In this document: piece after piece, positions 39,280 through 49,962 of the stretch
How the letters are laid out: every line of letters begins with the position of its first letter
How positions within the stretch are numbered: position 1 is the stretch's first letter
From: Alphaproteobacteria bacterium
GTDB lineage: Bacteria; Pseudomonadota; Alphaproteobacteria; Rs-D84
NCBI GenBank assembly: GCA_033345235.1
Contig: JAWPOC010000014.1
Coordinates: 3,872 to 67,871 of the forward strand
Direction of reading: 5' to 3'
DNA: 64,000 bases
Program-made: the position numbers and the translations under genes
The notes under the pieces: generated by a model
The model's database searches: none
What the model was told of the DNA's origin: nothing
Seen by the model: only the letters and a program-made list of their open reading frames with translations

Positions 39280-41319
39280 ATGAAAATAAAGAAAATTTTT
39301 CGTATATTATTGAATGCTTTCTTTTGGGTTTTTGTGGTCGCAATTGCGACATTGGCTGTTTTGATATTAATTCATGGAAATAACCTGCCAGATTACCGAA
39401 AATTGGCAACATATGCGCCACCTGTGGCAACACGTCTGTATGCGTCTGATGGGTCGTTGTTAATTGAATATGCCGAAGAAAGACGTGTCTTTATTGACTT
39501 GGCTGATATGCCGCCGCAATTGGTAAATGCGTTTATCGCGGCCGAAGATCAAAATTTCTGGACGCACCCTGGGATTGATATTCAAGGGATTGTTCGTGCT
39601 GTTGCGGGTAATGCGATGCGTTCGTTTGGATATAACAAGACTTTATCTGGGGCGTCAACAATAACGCAACAGGTGGCCAAGAATTTCTTTTTGACGTCGG
39701 AACGTACATTGGCGCGTAAAATAAAAGAAGCAATATTGGCTTTGCGCTTGGAACGCAGTTTTTCCAAAGAACATATTTTAACATTGTATTTAAATCAAAT
39801 ATTTTTAGGTGCGCGTGCATATGGTGTTGGGTCTGCGGCGTTGATGTATTTTAATAAGCCTGTCAAAGATTTAAGTTTGTCTGAATGTGCGTTCTTGGCA
39901 TCTTTGCCAAAGGCACCGAATAATCGTGACAGGGCGGTTGAACGCAGAAATTATGTTTTGCGTCGTATGGTCGAAGAAGGTTTTGTCTCGCAAGCCCAAG
40001 CGAATGAGGCTGCGTCCGAAGATTTAAATATCAACAGTGGGTTCACAGCCCAAATGGAAGAAGAACTGCAATATTTTGCCGAAGATGTGCGCCGTCAATT
40101 GTTGGGGGCGTTGGGACGCGAAACATTGTATAATCAGGGGTTATATATTAAAACAACAATTGTCCCAGAATTACAGCGCGCGGCTTCAAATGCCTTGAAC
40201 AAAGAATTAGATAGATTTAATCAGGGACGTGATGAAAAATTACAAGGCGCAATAATCGCGATGAATCCACATACTGGTCGTATTTTAGCGATGGCAGGTG
40301 GGCGTTCTTTTCGTGAAAGTCCATTTAATCGTGCAACACAGGCGTATCGTCAAATTGGTTCTACGATAAAGCCATTTGTGTATTTGGCGGCTTTAGAGCG
40401 TGGTTTTTCGCCACAAACAATGATATTGGATGCGCCTATTGTTGGTTGGCGCGAAGATGATACTTTGTGGAAACCTGAAAATTATGACAAGAAATTCTTG
40501 GGTAATGTGCCGTTGCGCTTGTCTTTGGAAACGTCCAGAAATGTCCCGACGGTGCGTTTGGTTGAACAAATTGGAACAGAAAACGCTATCGAAGTGGCCC
40601 AGCGATTTGGTGTCTATCCATCAGATATGAAAAATATGAACTTGTCTATGGCGTTGGGGTCTGGTGAAACAACGTTGGAAAAGCTTGTGTCTGGGTATGC
40701 TGCGTTTGTAAATGGCGGGTATACTGTAACCCCAAAAATGGTCGATTATATTGAAGATAGATATGGTCGCGTTATTGGGGGCACGCCAACAGAAATTGTT
40801 GAATGGTCCGAAGAATTATTGCCACCTGAAACATATGTGGAATCTATGCCACTGTCTGACCCGCAAAGTTTATATCAAATGGTGTCCATATTGCAGGGCG
40901 TTGTTGAACGTGGTACAGGCAAGCAGGCACGTGTTTCTGGTCATACAATCGCAGGTAAAACAGGAACGACAAATGATGTCAAAGATGTTTGGTTTGTCGG
41001 GTTTTCCAAGAACTTAATCGCAGGTGTTTATCTGGGGTTTGATACGCCAAAGCCTTTGGGACGTGGGGCAGGGTCTCATATGGCGGCGCGTGTGTTCTCA
41101 GACTTTATGCGTGTTGCATTGGCAGACGAAAAGAATCAGCCGTTTGCAGTGCCTGATGGTATGACATTTATGCGTGTTAATCGTCGTAGTGGCGCATCTG
41201 CCACTGATGACCCATACGGTACAATTATTCAAGAGGTCTTTAAACCAAATCAAAAGCCAAATGCAGCCCCCCAGTACGAAGCCGAAGAAAATAGTGCGGT
41301 TGTAGGCGGTGTGTTCTAA
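39280..41319 (+). CDS. mrcA: Penicillin-binding protein 1A (bifunctional glycosyltransferase/transpeptidase)
   Basis: GT51 motifs AAEDQNFWTHPGID, GASTITQQVAKN and RKIKEA. Transpeptidase motifs STIKP, SRN and KTGTT. Confidence 0.92.
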   Translation: MKIKKIFRILLNAFFWVFVVAIATLAVLILIHGNNLPDYRKLATYAPPVATRLYASDGSLLIEYAEERRVFIDLADMPPQLVNAFIAAEDQNFWTHPGIDIQGIVRAVAGNAMRSFGYNKTLSGASTITQQVAKNFFLTSERTLARKIKEAILALRLERSFSKEHILTLYLNQIFLGARAYGVGSAALMYFNKPVKDLSLSECAFLASLPKAPNNRDRAVERRNYVLRRMVEEGFVSQAQANEAASEDLNINSGFTAQMEEELQYFAEDVRRQLLGALGRETLYNQGLYIKTTIVPELQRAASNALNKELDRFNQGRDEKLQGAIIAMNPHTGRILAMAGGRSFRESPFNRATQAYRQIGSTIKPFVYLAALERGFSPQTMILDAPIVGWREDDTLWKPENYDKKFLGNVPLRLSLETSRNVPTVRLVEQIGTENAIEVAQRFGVYPSDMKNMNLSMALGSGETTLEKLVSGYAAFVNGGYTVTPKMVDYIEDRYGRVIGGTPTEIVEWSEELLPPETYVESMPLSDPQSLYQMVSILQGVVERGTGKQARVSGHTIAGKTGTTNDVKDVWFVGFSKNLIAGVYLGFDTPKPLGRGAGSHMAARVFSDFMRVALADEKNQPFAVPDGMTFMRVNRRSGASATDDPYGTIIQEVFKPNQKPNAAPQYEAEENSAVVGGVF

Positions 41320-41402
41320 GAATTAAAAATTAAACTTTAAATACCATTTGTTTATTAAATGTTTTGTGGTAGAATGTCAGCATAAGGAAAAAAGGATTTT
41401 TA

Positions 41403-42491
41403 ATGCTGACAGATTATTTTTTTAACACAGGTTTTTCTTTCTTTGGCAGTGGGTGGACTCAGTTTGGCGGCGGTTTTTTGGTCGCGTTTTTTATAATGTT
41501 TGTATTTGGGCGCCCGTTTGTTCGCTTTATGCGTGCGGCACAGAAAAAAGGTCAGCCAATCAGTGAAAATGTGCCGGTTGCACACAGGCAAAAGTCTGGA
41601 ACGCCAACGATGGGTGGAATATTGATAATATTAGCTATTTTGATGGGCAGTATTTTGTTTATGCCGATGTCAAATCCTACAGGCTGGATTGCGTTGGCGG
41701 CGTTGGTTATGTTTGGGTTGTTGGGGTTTGTTGATGATTATAAAAAAGTAACATCCCAATCCAGCAAGGCTTCGAATGGTTTGTCGCCAATGACACGTCT
41801 GATTGTAGAGGGTATATTTGTCATAGTTTTGGCGTACTTTATAAATAAAACTATACCGCCATATATTCCTGAATATTCATTGGCAATTGGTGCAGGAATT
41901 ATTTTGCCATTAGGGTTTTGGTATTATGTTTTTGCATATTTTGTAATATGTGGCAGCGCGAATGCAACAAATATCACAGATGGGTTGGATGGAATGTTGT
42001 CAAAACTGTATATCCCTGTGCTGGTTGTCTTGGTTGTGGCATTATATGGTGCGACACGTATCGGTTTTATGGATACAGTGATGTTCTTGCCTGTGGCCAG
42101 TGGTTTATATGCAGTTCTGGGTGCGGCATTTGGTGCGGTTCTGGGATTTTTATGGTATAACTGTAAACCTGCGTCGATATTTATGGGGGATGTAGGCTCG
42201 TTGGCATTGGGCGGATTTATGGGAACGGTTGCAATGCTGTTAAAGTCAGAAATAATAATGGGTGTTGCTGCAGGTATGATGGTATTGATATTGTTGTCGT
42301 CTTTTATTCAAACGATGTACTTCAAGGCAACACGTAAAATATATGGTACAGGTCGACGTGTGTTCTTGCGTGCGCCATTGCATCATCATTTTGAAGAGTT
42401 GGGTTGGGCAGAAACCAAGATAGTAGATAGATTCTTTGTGTTATCTATACTGTTTTCAGGTTTGGCGTTGGTATTATTAAAATTTGCATAA
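41403..42491 (+). CDS. mraY: Phospho-N-acetylmuramoyl-pentapeptide transferase
   Basis: KSGTPTMGGILI, GFVDDYKKV, NATNITDGLDGM, MGDVGSLALGG, PLHHHFE. Confidence 0.95.
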   Translation: MLTDYFFNTGFSFFGSGWTQFGGGFLVAFFIMFVFGRPFVRFMRAAQKKGQPISENVPVAHRQKSGTPTMGGILIILAILMGSILFMPMSNPTGWIALAALVMFGLLGFVDDYKKVTSQSSKASNGLSPMTRLIVEGIFVIVLAYFINKTIPPYIPEYSLAIGAGIILPLGFWYYVFAYFVICGSANATNITDGLDGMLSKLYIPVLVVLVVALYGATRIGFMDTVMFLPVASGLYAVLGAAFGAVLGFLWYNCKPASIFMGDVGSLALGGFMGTVAMLLKSEIIMGVAAGMMVLILLSSFIQTMYFKATRKIYGTGRRVFLRAPLHHHFEELGWAETKIVDRFFVLSILFSGLALVLLKFA

Positions 42492-42503
42492 AGTATAACG
42501 GTA

Positions 42504-43652
42504 ATGTTTAGAATTAATCGCAGCGATGACAGTAAAGTAACCAGTTGGTATTTTGAAATCGACAGACGTTTGTTACTGTGTGTTTTAATACTGATGTTTT
42601 TGTCTGTCTTGTTTTCATTGTCTGCGGGGTCTGTTGCGGCCGAGCGTATCGGGCAAAGTTGGCACTTTTTTATGGTCAAGGCCATACCGTTTTATATCAC
42701 AGGATTAATTTTTCTGTTTGGGGCCAGTTTTTTAAATAAAAAACAAGTGCTGATTTTGGCAGGGGCGAATTTATTGTTTGGTTTGTTGTTGTTGCCAGTG
42801 ACAGTAATTGCGCCACATATGATAAATAATTCTGCGCGATTTATTCATTTTGGATTTGCAAATATTATGCCTGCAGACGTTATGAAGCCTGGGTTCATAG
42901 TGATGACTGCGTATTTTTTGGCAAAAATGAAAGCGAAATATGGGGCGGACATATTCTTGAACAAAGACGCATGGCGGTTTGATACTTGGCTAAGTTGGGT
43001 TTGGTATTTGTTATTATTTGCAGTCACTGTGCTGATAATATTTAATCATCCTGATTTAGGGACGGCCGCATTATATTTGGGTGTTTTTTCTTCGATGGTG
43101 TTAATTGCAGGCTTGCCATTATCGTGGATTCCGGTTTTGGTTGGGACAGGTTTAGTGATGTTAGTGGTCGCGTTCTTTACATTGGGACACGTACATCGTC
43201 GAATAATATCGTTTTTGACGGGTACTGGTGATACGTATCAGGTTGATAATTCTGTTGATGCAATACGACATGGCGGACTGTTGGGATCTGGTGATGACGC
43301 GTTTGTTAAACAGTACTTGCCAGACGTGCATACAGACTTTATCTTTGCGGCGATTGTTGAAGATATGGGGGCGATATTAGGATGTTGTATTTTAGTCTTG
43401 TTCTTTTATGTGTTCCGTCGATTGATAAAAATTGCATCCAGTTCACGTGACTTGTTTGTTTTGTACGCGGTCAGTGGTACTGCAATGCTGTTTGTTGGCC
43501 AGATATGCTTTAATATGTTGACGACATTAAATTTGTTTGCGCCAAAAGGAATGACTTTGCCGTTTATTTCATATGGTGGTAGTTCTTTGTTGGCGTACTG
43601 TTTATTGTTCGGTATGGTTCTGGCAATTGTTCGTGAAGATAAATGGAAATAA
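42504..43652 (+). CDS. ftsW: FtsW/RodA/SpoVE-family peptidoglycan glycosyltransferase (FtsW by context)
   Basis: 10-TM SEDS protein: ...MPADVMKPGFIV...HPDLGTA...TDFIFAAIVEDMG...PKGMTLPFISYGGSS. Lies between mraY and murG. Confidence 0.85.
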   Translation: MFRINRSDDSKVTSWYFEIDRRLLLCVLILMFLSVLFSLSAGSVAAERIGQSWHFFMVKAIPFYITGLIFLFGASFLNKKQVLILAGANLLFGLLLLPVTVIAPHMINNSARFIHFGFANIMPADVMKPGFIVMTAYFLAKMKAKYGADIFLNKDAWRFDTWLSWVWYLLLFAVTVLIIFNHPDLGTAALYLGVFSSMVLIAGLPLSWIPVLVGTGLVMLVVAFFTLGHVHRRIISFLTGTGDTYQVDNSVDAIRHGGLLGSGDDAFVKQYLPDVHTDFIFAAIVEDMGAILGCCILVLFFYVFRRLIKIASSSRDLFVLYAVSGTAMLFVGQICFNMLTTLNLFAPKGMTLPFISYGGSSLLAYCLLFGMVLAIVREDKWK

Positions 43653-43666
43653 AAAAAGGATTGGTA

Positions 43667-44710
43667 ATGAAAGTATGGATTGCAACAGGTGGAACAGGTG
43701 GACATGTTTTTCCCGCGCTTAGTGTCGCAACAGAATTGGTAAAACGTGGCCACAGGGTTACGATTTCTTGCGATGGACGCGTGTATGATATGGTGTGTCG
43801 TAATTGTCCGCGTGGTGCGTCTATATCGCGCGTATGGGCGTCTGGGGTTGGTGCAAAAAGTCGCATAAAACAAATGGCGGCATTGTTTAAAATTGCGGTG
43901 TCTGCATTTGTTTTGTCATTGCGTTTTATGGTTTTTCGACCAGACAGAGTTGTGTCTTTTGGTGGTTATGCGTCTGTGCCCGCAGTGTTTGCCGCACATT
44001 TTTGGAAAATCCCAACATTTTTACACGAACAAAATGCTGCGATTGGGCGTGCAAATAAATTTGCAATGCGTTGGGTAAAAACTTTGATGACCAGTTTTCC
44101 TGTTGTTGATGGTGTGCCTAAAACAGGGACTAAAGTAGTGTATACAGGTCTGCCAGTAAGACCAGAATTTGTTGCAGCTGCTAAAACCGCGATGCCGGAC
44201 GGGTTTAATATCTTGGTGACAGGAGGGTCTTTGGGGGCGCAAATCTTGGATGATGTCGTGCCTCAGTCTATTGTAGCTATGAAAAACAAAAAGATTTTTG
44301 TTACACATCAGACACGTCCACAAAATGTTGAAAAATTACAAAAGTTTTATGCAGATAATAAAATTCGCGCCAATGTTTTGTCTTTTATACATGATATGGC
44401 AGATACAATCGCGTCATCCAATTTAGTAATCGGGCGCAGCGGTGCCAGTACGGTCATAGAATTGCAGACAATTGGTCGGCCTGCAATATTTGTGCCACTG
44501 GGGATAAATCCAGACCAAGCCGCAAATGCAGCCAGCTTTGCAAAGCGTGGCGCAGGTTTTGCAATTGAACAGTCGAAATTTACGCAAAAGTGGTTAACGT
44601 CGACATTGTGCGATTTGTTTGATAATCCGTCGCGCTTGCAAAAGATGGCAACCAAGGCGCGTGTTGAAAATAATGCAGTCGATTTAATCGTTGATGAAAT
44701 AACAAAATAA
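43667..44710 (+). CDS. murG: UDP-GlcNAc:undecaprenyl-PP-MurNAc-pentapeptide GlcNAc transferase
   Basis: MKVWIATGGTGGHVFPALSVA...FGGYASVP...HEQNA...VTGGSLGA...GRSGASTVIELQTIGRPAIFVP. ATG 43667 with AAGGA SD is preferred over 43643. Confidence 0.92.
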   Translation: MKVWIATGGTGGHVFPALSVATELVKRGHRVTISCDGRVYDMVCRNCPRGASISRVWASGVGAKSRIKQMAALFKIAVSAFVLSLRFMVFRPDRVVSFGGYASVPAVFAAHFWKIPTFLHEQNAAIGRANKFAMRWVKTLMTSFPVVDGVPKTGTKVVYTGLPVRPEFVAAAKTAMPDGFNILVTGGSLGAQILDDVVPQSIVAMKNKKIFVTHQTRPQNVEKLQKFYADNKIRANVLSFIHDMADTIASSNLVIGRSGASTVIELQTIGRPAIFVPLGINPDQAANAASFAKRGAGFAIEQSKFTQKWLTSTLCDLFDNPSRLQKMATKARVENNAVDLIVDEITK

Positions 44711-44712
44711 TC

Positions 44713-44737
44713 AAATCCGCAATTGCGGATTTTTTTG
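44713..44737 (+). terminator. Rho-independent terminator after murG
   Basis: AAATCCGC-AATT-GCGGATTT followed by TTTT. Confidence 0.85.
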
Positions 44738-44800
44738 TGTCATTTTATGCTTGCGCACAGTTTGCGATTTGTTCTATGATAAAAACGGAAGGAAAGGAAA

Positions 44801-46003
44801 ATGCGTTTAATAACAATATCTATGCTGTCGTTATGCATTGTTTTGCCTGCAGGTGCGAATGCTCGTCTGCCGGTTGTTAATATTGCGTCTGGTGGTGTTT
44901 CTGCACGTGCTGCGTTCGGTGCTCAGCAACCTGTGCAAACACAAAAAATCGCAAAAACAACTGCGCCAACACGTGTTAAAAAAGTTGTCGCACGCAGTGC
45001 CAAAGTCGCACCAGCTGCGCAACCAAAGGTTGCGGACAGTGTGTCTGTTGCGTCAAATGATGTTTTGATGCCGATGCGTCCCAGTGCAGATTTGTGGGCG
45101 AGAAATAATGATGTTGCATTGCGGATGCCGCGTTCTGATGAATTTTCTGTAATACGCAGTGATAATTTATTGCCCGAAGAAAATATCGATAGTCATATTG
45201 TTATGCAATCTGAACAGATTTCGCCAGATGCCGAAGTTGAAATGAAGTTGGCTGAATTGCAAAAACGTGCGAATGACAGTGTGCGTACTATCGCTGCACG
45301 TGATGCAGATATGCCTGTTTTGGCCAGTGCGGATAATACAGATATATCAGTTAAAAAGTTGATTGTCCCGATGGAGCAAGATTCGGATGTTGTAGTCAGA
45401 CGTGTTGAAAAAAATGTATCTCCACGTATTGCGTCTGTTCGTGATGATATGACCAAGATGTCTCCTGCGCAACTGCGTCAGGCGTTCAGAAAGACTTTCT
45501 TGTCTGAGAATAAGCATTTATCTACTTTCTCAATTGATGATAAATTTGATGTTGCCAGTGATATGACGTCTTCGACAGGTGATTTTGTTTCCAGACCTGA
45601 TTTGTCAGAACAGAATTCTGGAATTCGCACATTGGAAATAAAGATTAAATTCCGCGACGAAGATTCTTCGTTGTCACGTGCTAATTATACATTGCTGACA
45701 GAATATGCAGGTATTGTCGTCAATAAACCAACCCGCGCGGTACAGATTGCAATACCACAGTATATGACAATGGATGCTGATGAGCGTAAGTTAGCAGCGC
45801 GTCGTTTGGCGATTGTTGAACAGGTTTTAACAGATAACGGCGTGTCTAAACAACGTATTGTGCCGGTATTATCTCAACGCGAAGAACCAGGGTTTGTGTT
45901 GCGTATGATTTCCAGCGATCAATACGATACATTGACACAACAAAGCCGTAATATCTTTGGTGATACGGTCAGTAAAAAAACATATAAAAGTATGTCGTGG
46001 TAA
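44801..46003 (+). CDS. Secreted hypothetical protein (400 aa), possibly with a degenerate OmpA-like C-terminal domain
   Basis: Signal peptide MRLITISMLSLCIVLPAGANA. Ala/Val/Lys-rich linker. The C-terminal ...LAARRLAIVEQVLTDNGVSKQRIVP resembles the OmpA/MotB C-terminal helix (weak). Confidence 0.5.
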   Translation: MRLITISMLSLCIVLPAGANARLPVVNIASGGVSARAAFGAQQPVQTQKIAKTTAPTRVKKVVARSAKVAPAAQPKVADSVSVASNDVLMPMRPSADLWARNNDVALRMPRSDEFSVIRSDNLLPEENIDSHIVMQSEQISPDAEVEMKLAELQKRANDSVRTIAARDADMPVLASADNTDISVKKLIVPMEQDSDVVVRRVEKNVSPRIASVRDDMTKMSPAQLRQAFRKTFLSENKHLSTFSIDDKFDVASDMTSSTGDFVSRPDLSEQNSGIRTLEIKIKFRDEDSSLSRANYTLLTEYAGIVVNKPTRAVQIAIPQYMTMDADERKLAARRLAIVEQVLTDNGVSKQRIVPVLSQREEPGFVLRMISSDQYDTLTQQSRNIFGDTVSKKTYKSMSW

Positions 46004-46719
46004 ATATTTTAAAATCCATAGTCAGTTTTGTATTTCCGCCGGCGTGTCCATTGTGTGATGCGCCGGTATCTGTACATGGTGAACTGTGCGGTGATTGTTG
46101 GACATCTATGAATTGGATTGATGGCGCAAAGTGCGCTAAGTGTGGTTATCCATTTGCGTCTGATTTGGATTTGGGTGGTGCACCTTTGTGTCCTGTGTGT
46201 GCATCGGGTCAGTGCGAGCTAGATTGGATACGCAGTGCATGTGTTTATGATGATGCGTCACGTGGTGCGATGTTGCCGTTTAAGCATGGTGGTCGCGTAA
46301 ATTATGCGTATTTTATGTCGCGTGCGATGATGTGGGCGTTACGTGATGTTGATATTGATATCGATGTAATAATGCCTGTGCCTTTGGCGTCAAAGCGTTT
46401 GTTTAAACGTGGTTATAATCAAGCGACTTTATTGGCGCGGCCAATATCGCGTGTGTTGGGTATTAAAATGGATTTAGATTCTGTACGTCGTATACATCGG
46501 CCAGATATGGGGCATAAAAATGCACGTCAAAGGGCGGAAAATATCAGTGGTGTGTTTAGTGTTATAAAACCTGAAAATATTGCTGGGAAAAAGATATTGT
46601 TGGTTGATGATGTTATGACGACAGGGGCGACTTTTTATGAATTGCGTCGTATGCTTATGCGTGCAGGTGCGGTGGCGGTGTATGGTGTAACGTTTTGTCG
46701 GGTTGCACGTACTGTTTGA
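45997..46719 (+). CDS. comF: ComF-family protein (phosphoribosyltransferase domain)
   Basis: N-terminal Cys clusters CPLC...CGDC and CAKC...CPVC. C-terminal PRTase motif ILLVDDVMTTGATF. Confidence 0.85.
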   Translation: MVNILKSIVSFVFPPACPLCDAPVSVHGELCGDCWTSMNWIDGAKCAKCGYPFASDLDLGGAPLCPVCASGQCELDWIRSACVYDDASRGAMLPFKHGGRVNYAYFMSRAMMWALRDVDIDIDVIMPVPLASKRLFKRGYNQATLLARPISRVLGIKMDLDSVRRIHRPDMGHKNARQRAENISGVFSVIKPENIAGKKILLVDDVMTTGATFYELRRMLMRAGAVAVYGVTFCRVARTV

Positions 46720-46822
46720 CGAATAAAATTATATTTTGGCTGCTTGTTTTTTCTTGATAGTTGTTTTTATTCTGGTACGATTTAAACCAAGTTGTTTTAA
46801 ATACAAATTAGGGTAAGTAAAA

Positions 46823-49225
46823 ATGAATATAGAACTGGGTAAAAATATTAATCCACGCGAAATTGAAACCAAGATTCAAGAATTCTGGGATAAGAATAAT
46901 TTTTGGGCAAATGATGTTAAGTCTGACAAGACACCATTTTGCATTATGATGCCGCCACCAAATGTAACAGGTAACTTACATATGGGGCATGCGTTGGATA
47001 ATGTTTTAACAGATATTATGTGTCGTTATAAACGTATGGCCGGTTTTGATGTCTTGTGGCAGCCTGGTACAGACCATGCGTCAATTGCAACCCAGTTGTT
47101 GGTTGAACGTGATTTGTCAAAACGTGGTATTAATCCACACAGTTTGTCTTTGCAGGAAAAGTTAGATTGTGCATGGGCATGGAAGGCGGATAAGGGCGGT
47201 CAAATTATAAATCAGTTGCATATTTTGGGTGTTACCCCTGTGTGGCAACGTGAACGTTTTACAATGGATGCCGGTTTGTCCAGTGCGGTTACAAAACTGT
47301 TTGTAAAGATGTATAACGAAGGTCTGATTTATCGTGAAAAGCGTTTGGTAAATTGGTGTCCAAAACAACAAACATCTGTTTCTGATTTAGAGGTTGAAAC
47401 ACGTGATGAAAAAGGTAAGTTTTATTACTTTAATTATCCATTAACAGATGGCGGGTTTATTGAAATTGCGACCACACGTCCAGAAACATTATTTGGTGAC
47501 CAGGCAATTGCTGTTCATCCAGAAAACGAAAAATTAAAGCACTTGATTGGACGCAAAGCGATTATTCCGTTGACGGATATTGAAATTCCAATTATCGCGG
47601 ACGAACATGCAGATCCAGAAAAGGGGACTGGCGCGGTAAAGATTACACCTGCACACGATTTTGATGACTGGGAAGTTGGCGTTCGTCATAACTTAACACC
47701 TGTATGTATTTTAACACCAGATGCCAAATTAAATGACAATCCTGTTGTTCCTGAGAAATATCGTGGTATGGACAGATATGCTGCGCGTGCCGCGGTTGTT
47801 GCGGATATCGAAGCAGCAGGTTTGATGGTTAAAATCGAAGACAAGATTATTCCGACACCGTATTCTGAACGTGCCCAAGTGCCTGTTGAACCATATTTAA
47901 CAGACCAATGGTTTGTAGATGCAGAAAAGTTGGCGATTCCAGCGATAAAGGCTGTGGAAGAAGGTAAAATCAAGTTTATGCCAGAACATCGTTATAACTT
48001 GTTTATGGCGTGGATGAAAAATATTCGTCCCTGGACGATTTCGCGCCAATTGTGGTGGGGACATCATATACCGGCTTGGTATGACGAAGCGGGTAATGTT
48101 TATGTCGCAGAAACCGAAGACGAAGTAATCAAAATGTCTGGCGGTAAAAACTTGACGCGTGATAAAGATGTCTTGGACACATGGTTTTCTTCTGGGTTGT
48201 GGCCATTTTCTACATTAGGTTGGCCAGAAAAAACACTGGAACTGGAAAAATATTATCCAACAGATTTGCTGTATACGGCGGCTGATATTATATTCTTTTG
48301 GGTTGCGCGTATGATTATGATGGGAATTTATGTGATGGGAGATGTTCCATTCCGTACAGTAAACTTCCATGGCTTGGTGCGCGATTCCAAAGGACAAAAA
48401 ATGTCCAAGACCAAAGGTAATGGTACAGACCCGTTGGTAACTGTTGAAAAGTTTGGTACAGATGCACTGCGTTATTGGATTGCAACAGCGCCAATCGGTA
48501 CAGATATTCGTTACAGTGATGATGAAGTAAAGCGTGGTTCTAAATTGTTGACCAAGTTGTGGAATGCGTCAAAATATACTTTGATGAATTTGTCTGATTT
48601 TGACCCAGCAACCGCAAAGCAAATACCTGTATCAGAACGCTTTATCGAAGATAGATGGGTGTTGAACGAGTTAAATAAAACGATTGCAGAAACACGCAAG
48701 CATTTGGATAAGTATGATAACTATAATTCACGTGCTGCAATTGATACATTCTTTTGGGATATTTTCTGTGACCAGTATCTGGAATTTATCAAAGACCGTT
48801 TCTGGGCGCCTGAAAAATACAGTGCGGAATCAAAGTTGTCTGCCCAGTGGACATTGTATACTGTATTGCGTTCGATAATTGGTTTGTATGCGCCGTTTAT
48901 ACCGTTCTTGACCGAAGAGCTGTGGCAAAAAATCTATAAAGATTTTGAAGGCGGTGAAACATTGCATTTGACAGAATATCCAATGGTACGTTCCGAATAT
49001 GAAACAGATGTGTCCAAGATGAATGTTGCGCTGGAAATATTAAAGAATGTTCGTGGCTTGCGTACAGAACGCAAGGTTGGTAATGGTGCAAAACTGGAAA
49101 CTTTGACAATTCCATCAGATACACCAAGTGAATTGCATGGTTTGATAAAATCTGCTGCGCGCGCGAATGAAATAGTTTTGGGTGACGCAATTGATTTTGT
49201 TGTTTTGCAAAATATTGCGGGGTAA
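46823..49225 (+). CDS. valS: Valine--tRNA ligase (short form, 800 aa)
   Basis: MPPPNVTGNLHMGHAL (HIGH region), editing-domain TTRPETLFGD, KMSKTKGN (KMSKS). No C-terminal coiled-coil extension. Confidence 0.9.
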   Translation: MNIELGKNINPREIETKIQEFWDKNNFWANDVKSDKTPFCIMMPPPNVTGNLHMGHALDNVLTDIMCRYKRMAGFDVLWQPGTDHASIATQLLVERDLSKRGINPHSLSLQEKLDCAWAWKADKGGQIINQLHILGVTPVWQRERFTMDAGLSSAVTKLFVKMYNEGLIYREKRLVNWCPKQQTSVSDLEVETRDEKGKFYYFNYPLTDGGFIEIATTRPETLFGDQAIAVHPENEKLKHLIGRKAIIPLTDIEIPIIADEHADPEKGTGAVKITPAHDFDDWEVGVRHNLTPVCILTPDAKLNDNPVVPEKYRGMDRYAARAAVVADIEAAGLMVKIEDKIIPTPYSERAQVPVEPYLTDQWFVDAEKLAIPAIKAVEEGKIKFMPEHRYNLFMAWMKNIRPWTISRQLWWGHHIPAWYDEAGNVYVAETEDEVIKMSGGKNLTRDKDVLDTWFSSGLWPFSTLGWPEKTLELEKYYPTDLLYTAADIIFFWVARMIMMGIYVMGDVPFRTVNFHGLVRDSKGQKMSKTKGNGTDPLVTVEKFGTDALRYWIATAPIGTDIRYSDDEVKRGSKLLTKLWNASKYTLMNLSDFDPATAKQIPVSERFIEDRWVLNELNKTIAETRKHLDKYDNYNSRAAIDTFFWDIFCDQYLEFIKDRFWAPEKYSAESKLSAQWTLYTVLRSIIGLYAPFIPFLTEELWQKIYKDFEGGETLHLTEYPMVRSEYETDVSKMNVALEILKNVRGLRTERKVGNGAKLETLTIPSDTPSELHGLIKSAARANEIVLGDAIDFVVLQNIAG

Positions 49226-49231
49226 TTTCAA

Positions 49232-49960
49232 ATGGCAAATCAGTTGGTCGAAACCAGAGTCTTGCAGGCATATCAATGTGACAGATATGGTTATGTTCGG
49301 CCACTGATTTTAATGAATGAATTGCAATCGATTGCTGACCGTCATGCGGAAATCTTGGGATGTGGTCGTACGTATTGTTTGGAAAATAATATCGCGTGGG
49401 TTGTCATGTATTATCTGGTCGATATTATTGAGCTGCCATCCGAAGGCGAAGAATTGACTTTTATCACATGGCCATCGTGCCAAGACGCGTTACGTGCGAC
49501 GCGCGATTTTGAAATTCGTGGGGCTGATAATCGTTTGATGGTTCGTGCGACGTCTCAATGGATATTGATTGATATGTCCAGTCGCAGACCATTGGTTTTG
49601 GCAAAGCATTTGTCACCAGATGTTGTGACGCCTGTGCGTGCGTACGATTGTGCGTTTACTAAGTTTCCAGATTTTGAAACAACTAAAACACACATTATGA
49701 AATGTCGATTTGATGATATTGACGTGAATCAGCATATAAATAACGCTGTTTATGCGGTCTGGGCGACTGAAAGTGTTGGGTATGTTTATCGTAATCAACA
49801 CAAGTTACGCAAGATAGACATCTGTTTCAAGAAAGAAGTTAATCCCGACACGCCAGAGATACAAATTGATGTCGCGTTTGATGGTTTGACTACGCGTCAT
49901 AAAATTAAAAGCGGTGATACAGAAAACGCTGTTGTTGTTTGCCAGTGGCAAGATTTATAA
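49232..49960 (+). CDS. Acyl-ACP thioesterase family protein
   Basis: Double hotdog layout: ...NELQSIADRHAEILG...IAWVVMYYLVDI...TWP...RDFEI...WILIDMSSRRP...DIDVNQHINNAVY. Confidence 0.75.
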   Translation: MANQLVETRVLQAYQCDRYGYVRPLILMNELQSIADRHAEILGCGRTYCLENNIAWVVMYYLVDIIELPSEGEELTFITWPSCQDALRATRDFEIRGADNRLMVRATSQWILIDMSSRRPLVLAKHLSPDVVTPVRAYDCAFTKFPDFETTKTHIMKCRFDDIDVNQHINNAVYAVWATESVGYVYRNQHKLRKIDICFKKEVNPDTPEIQIDVAFDGLTTRHKIKSGDTENAVVVCQWQDL

Positions 49961-49962
49961 AT

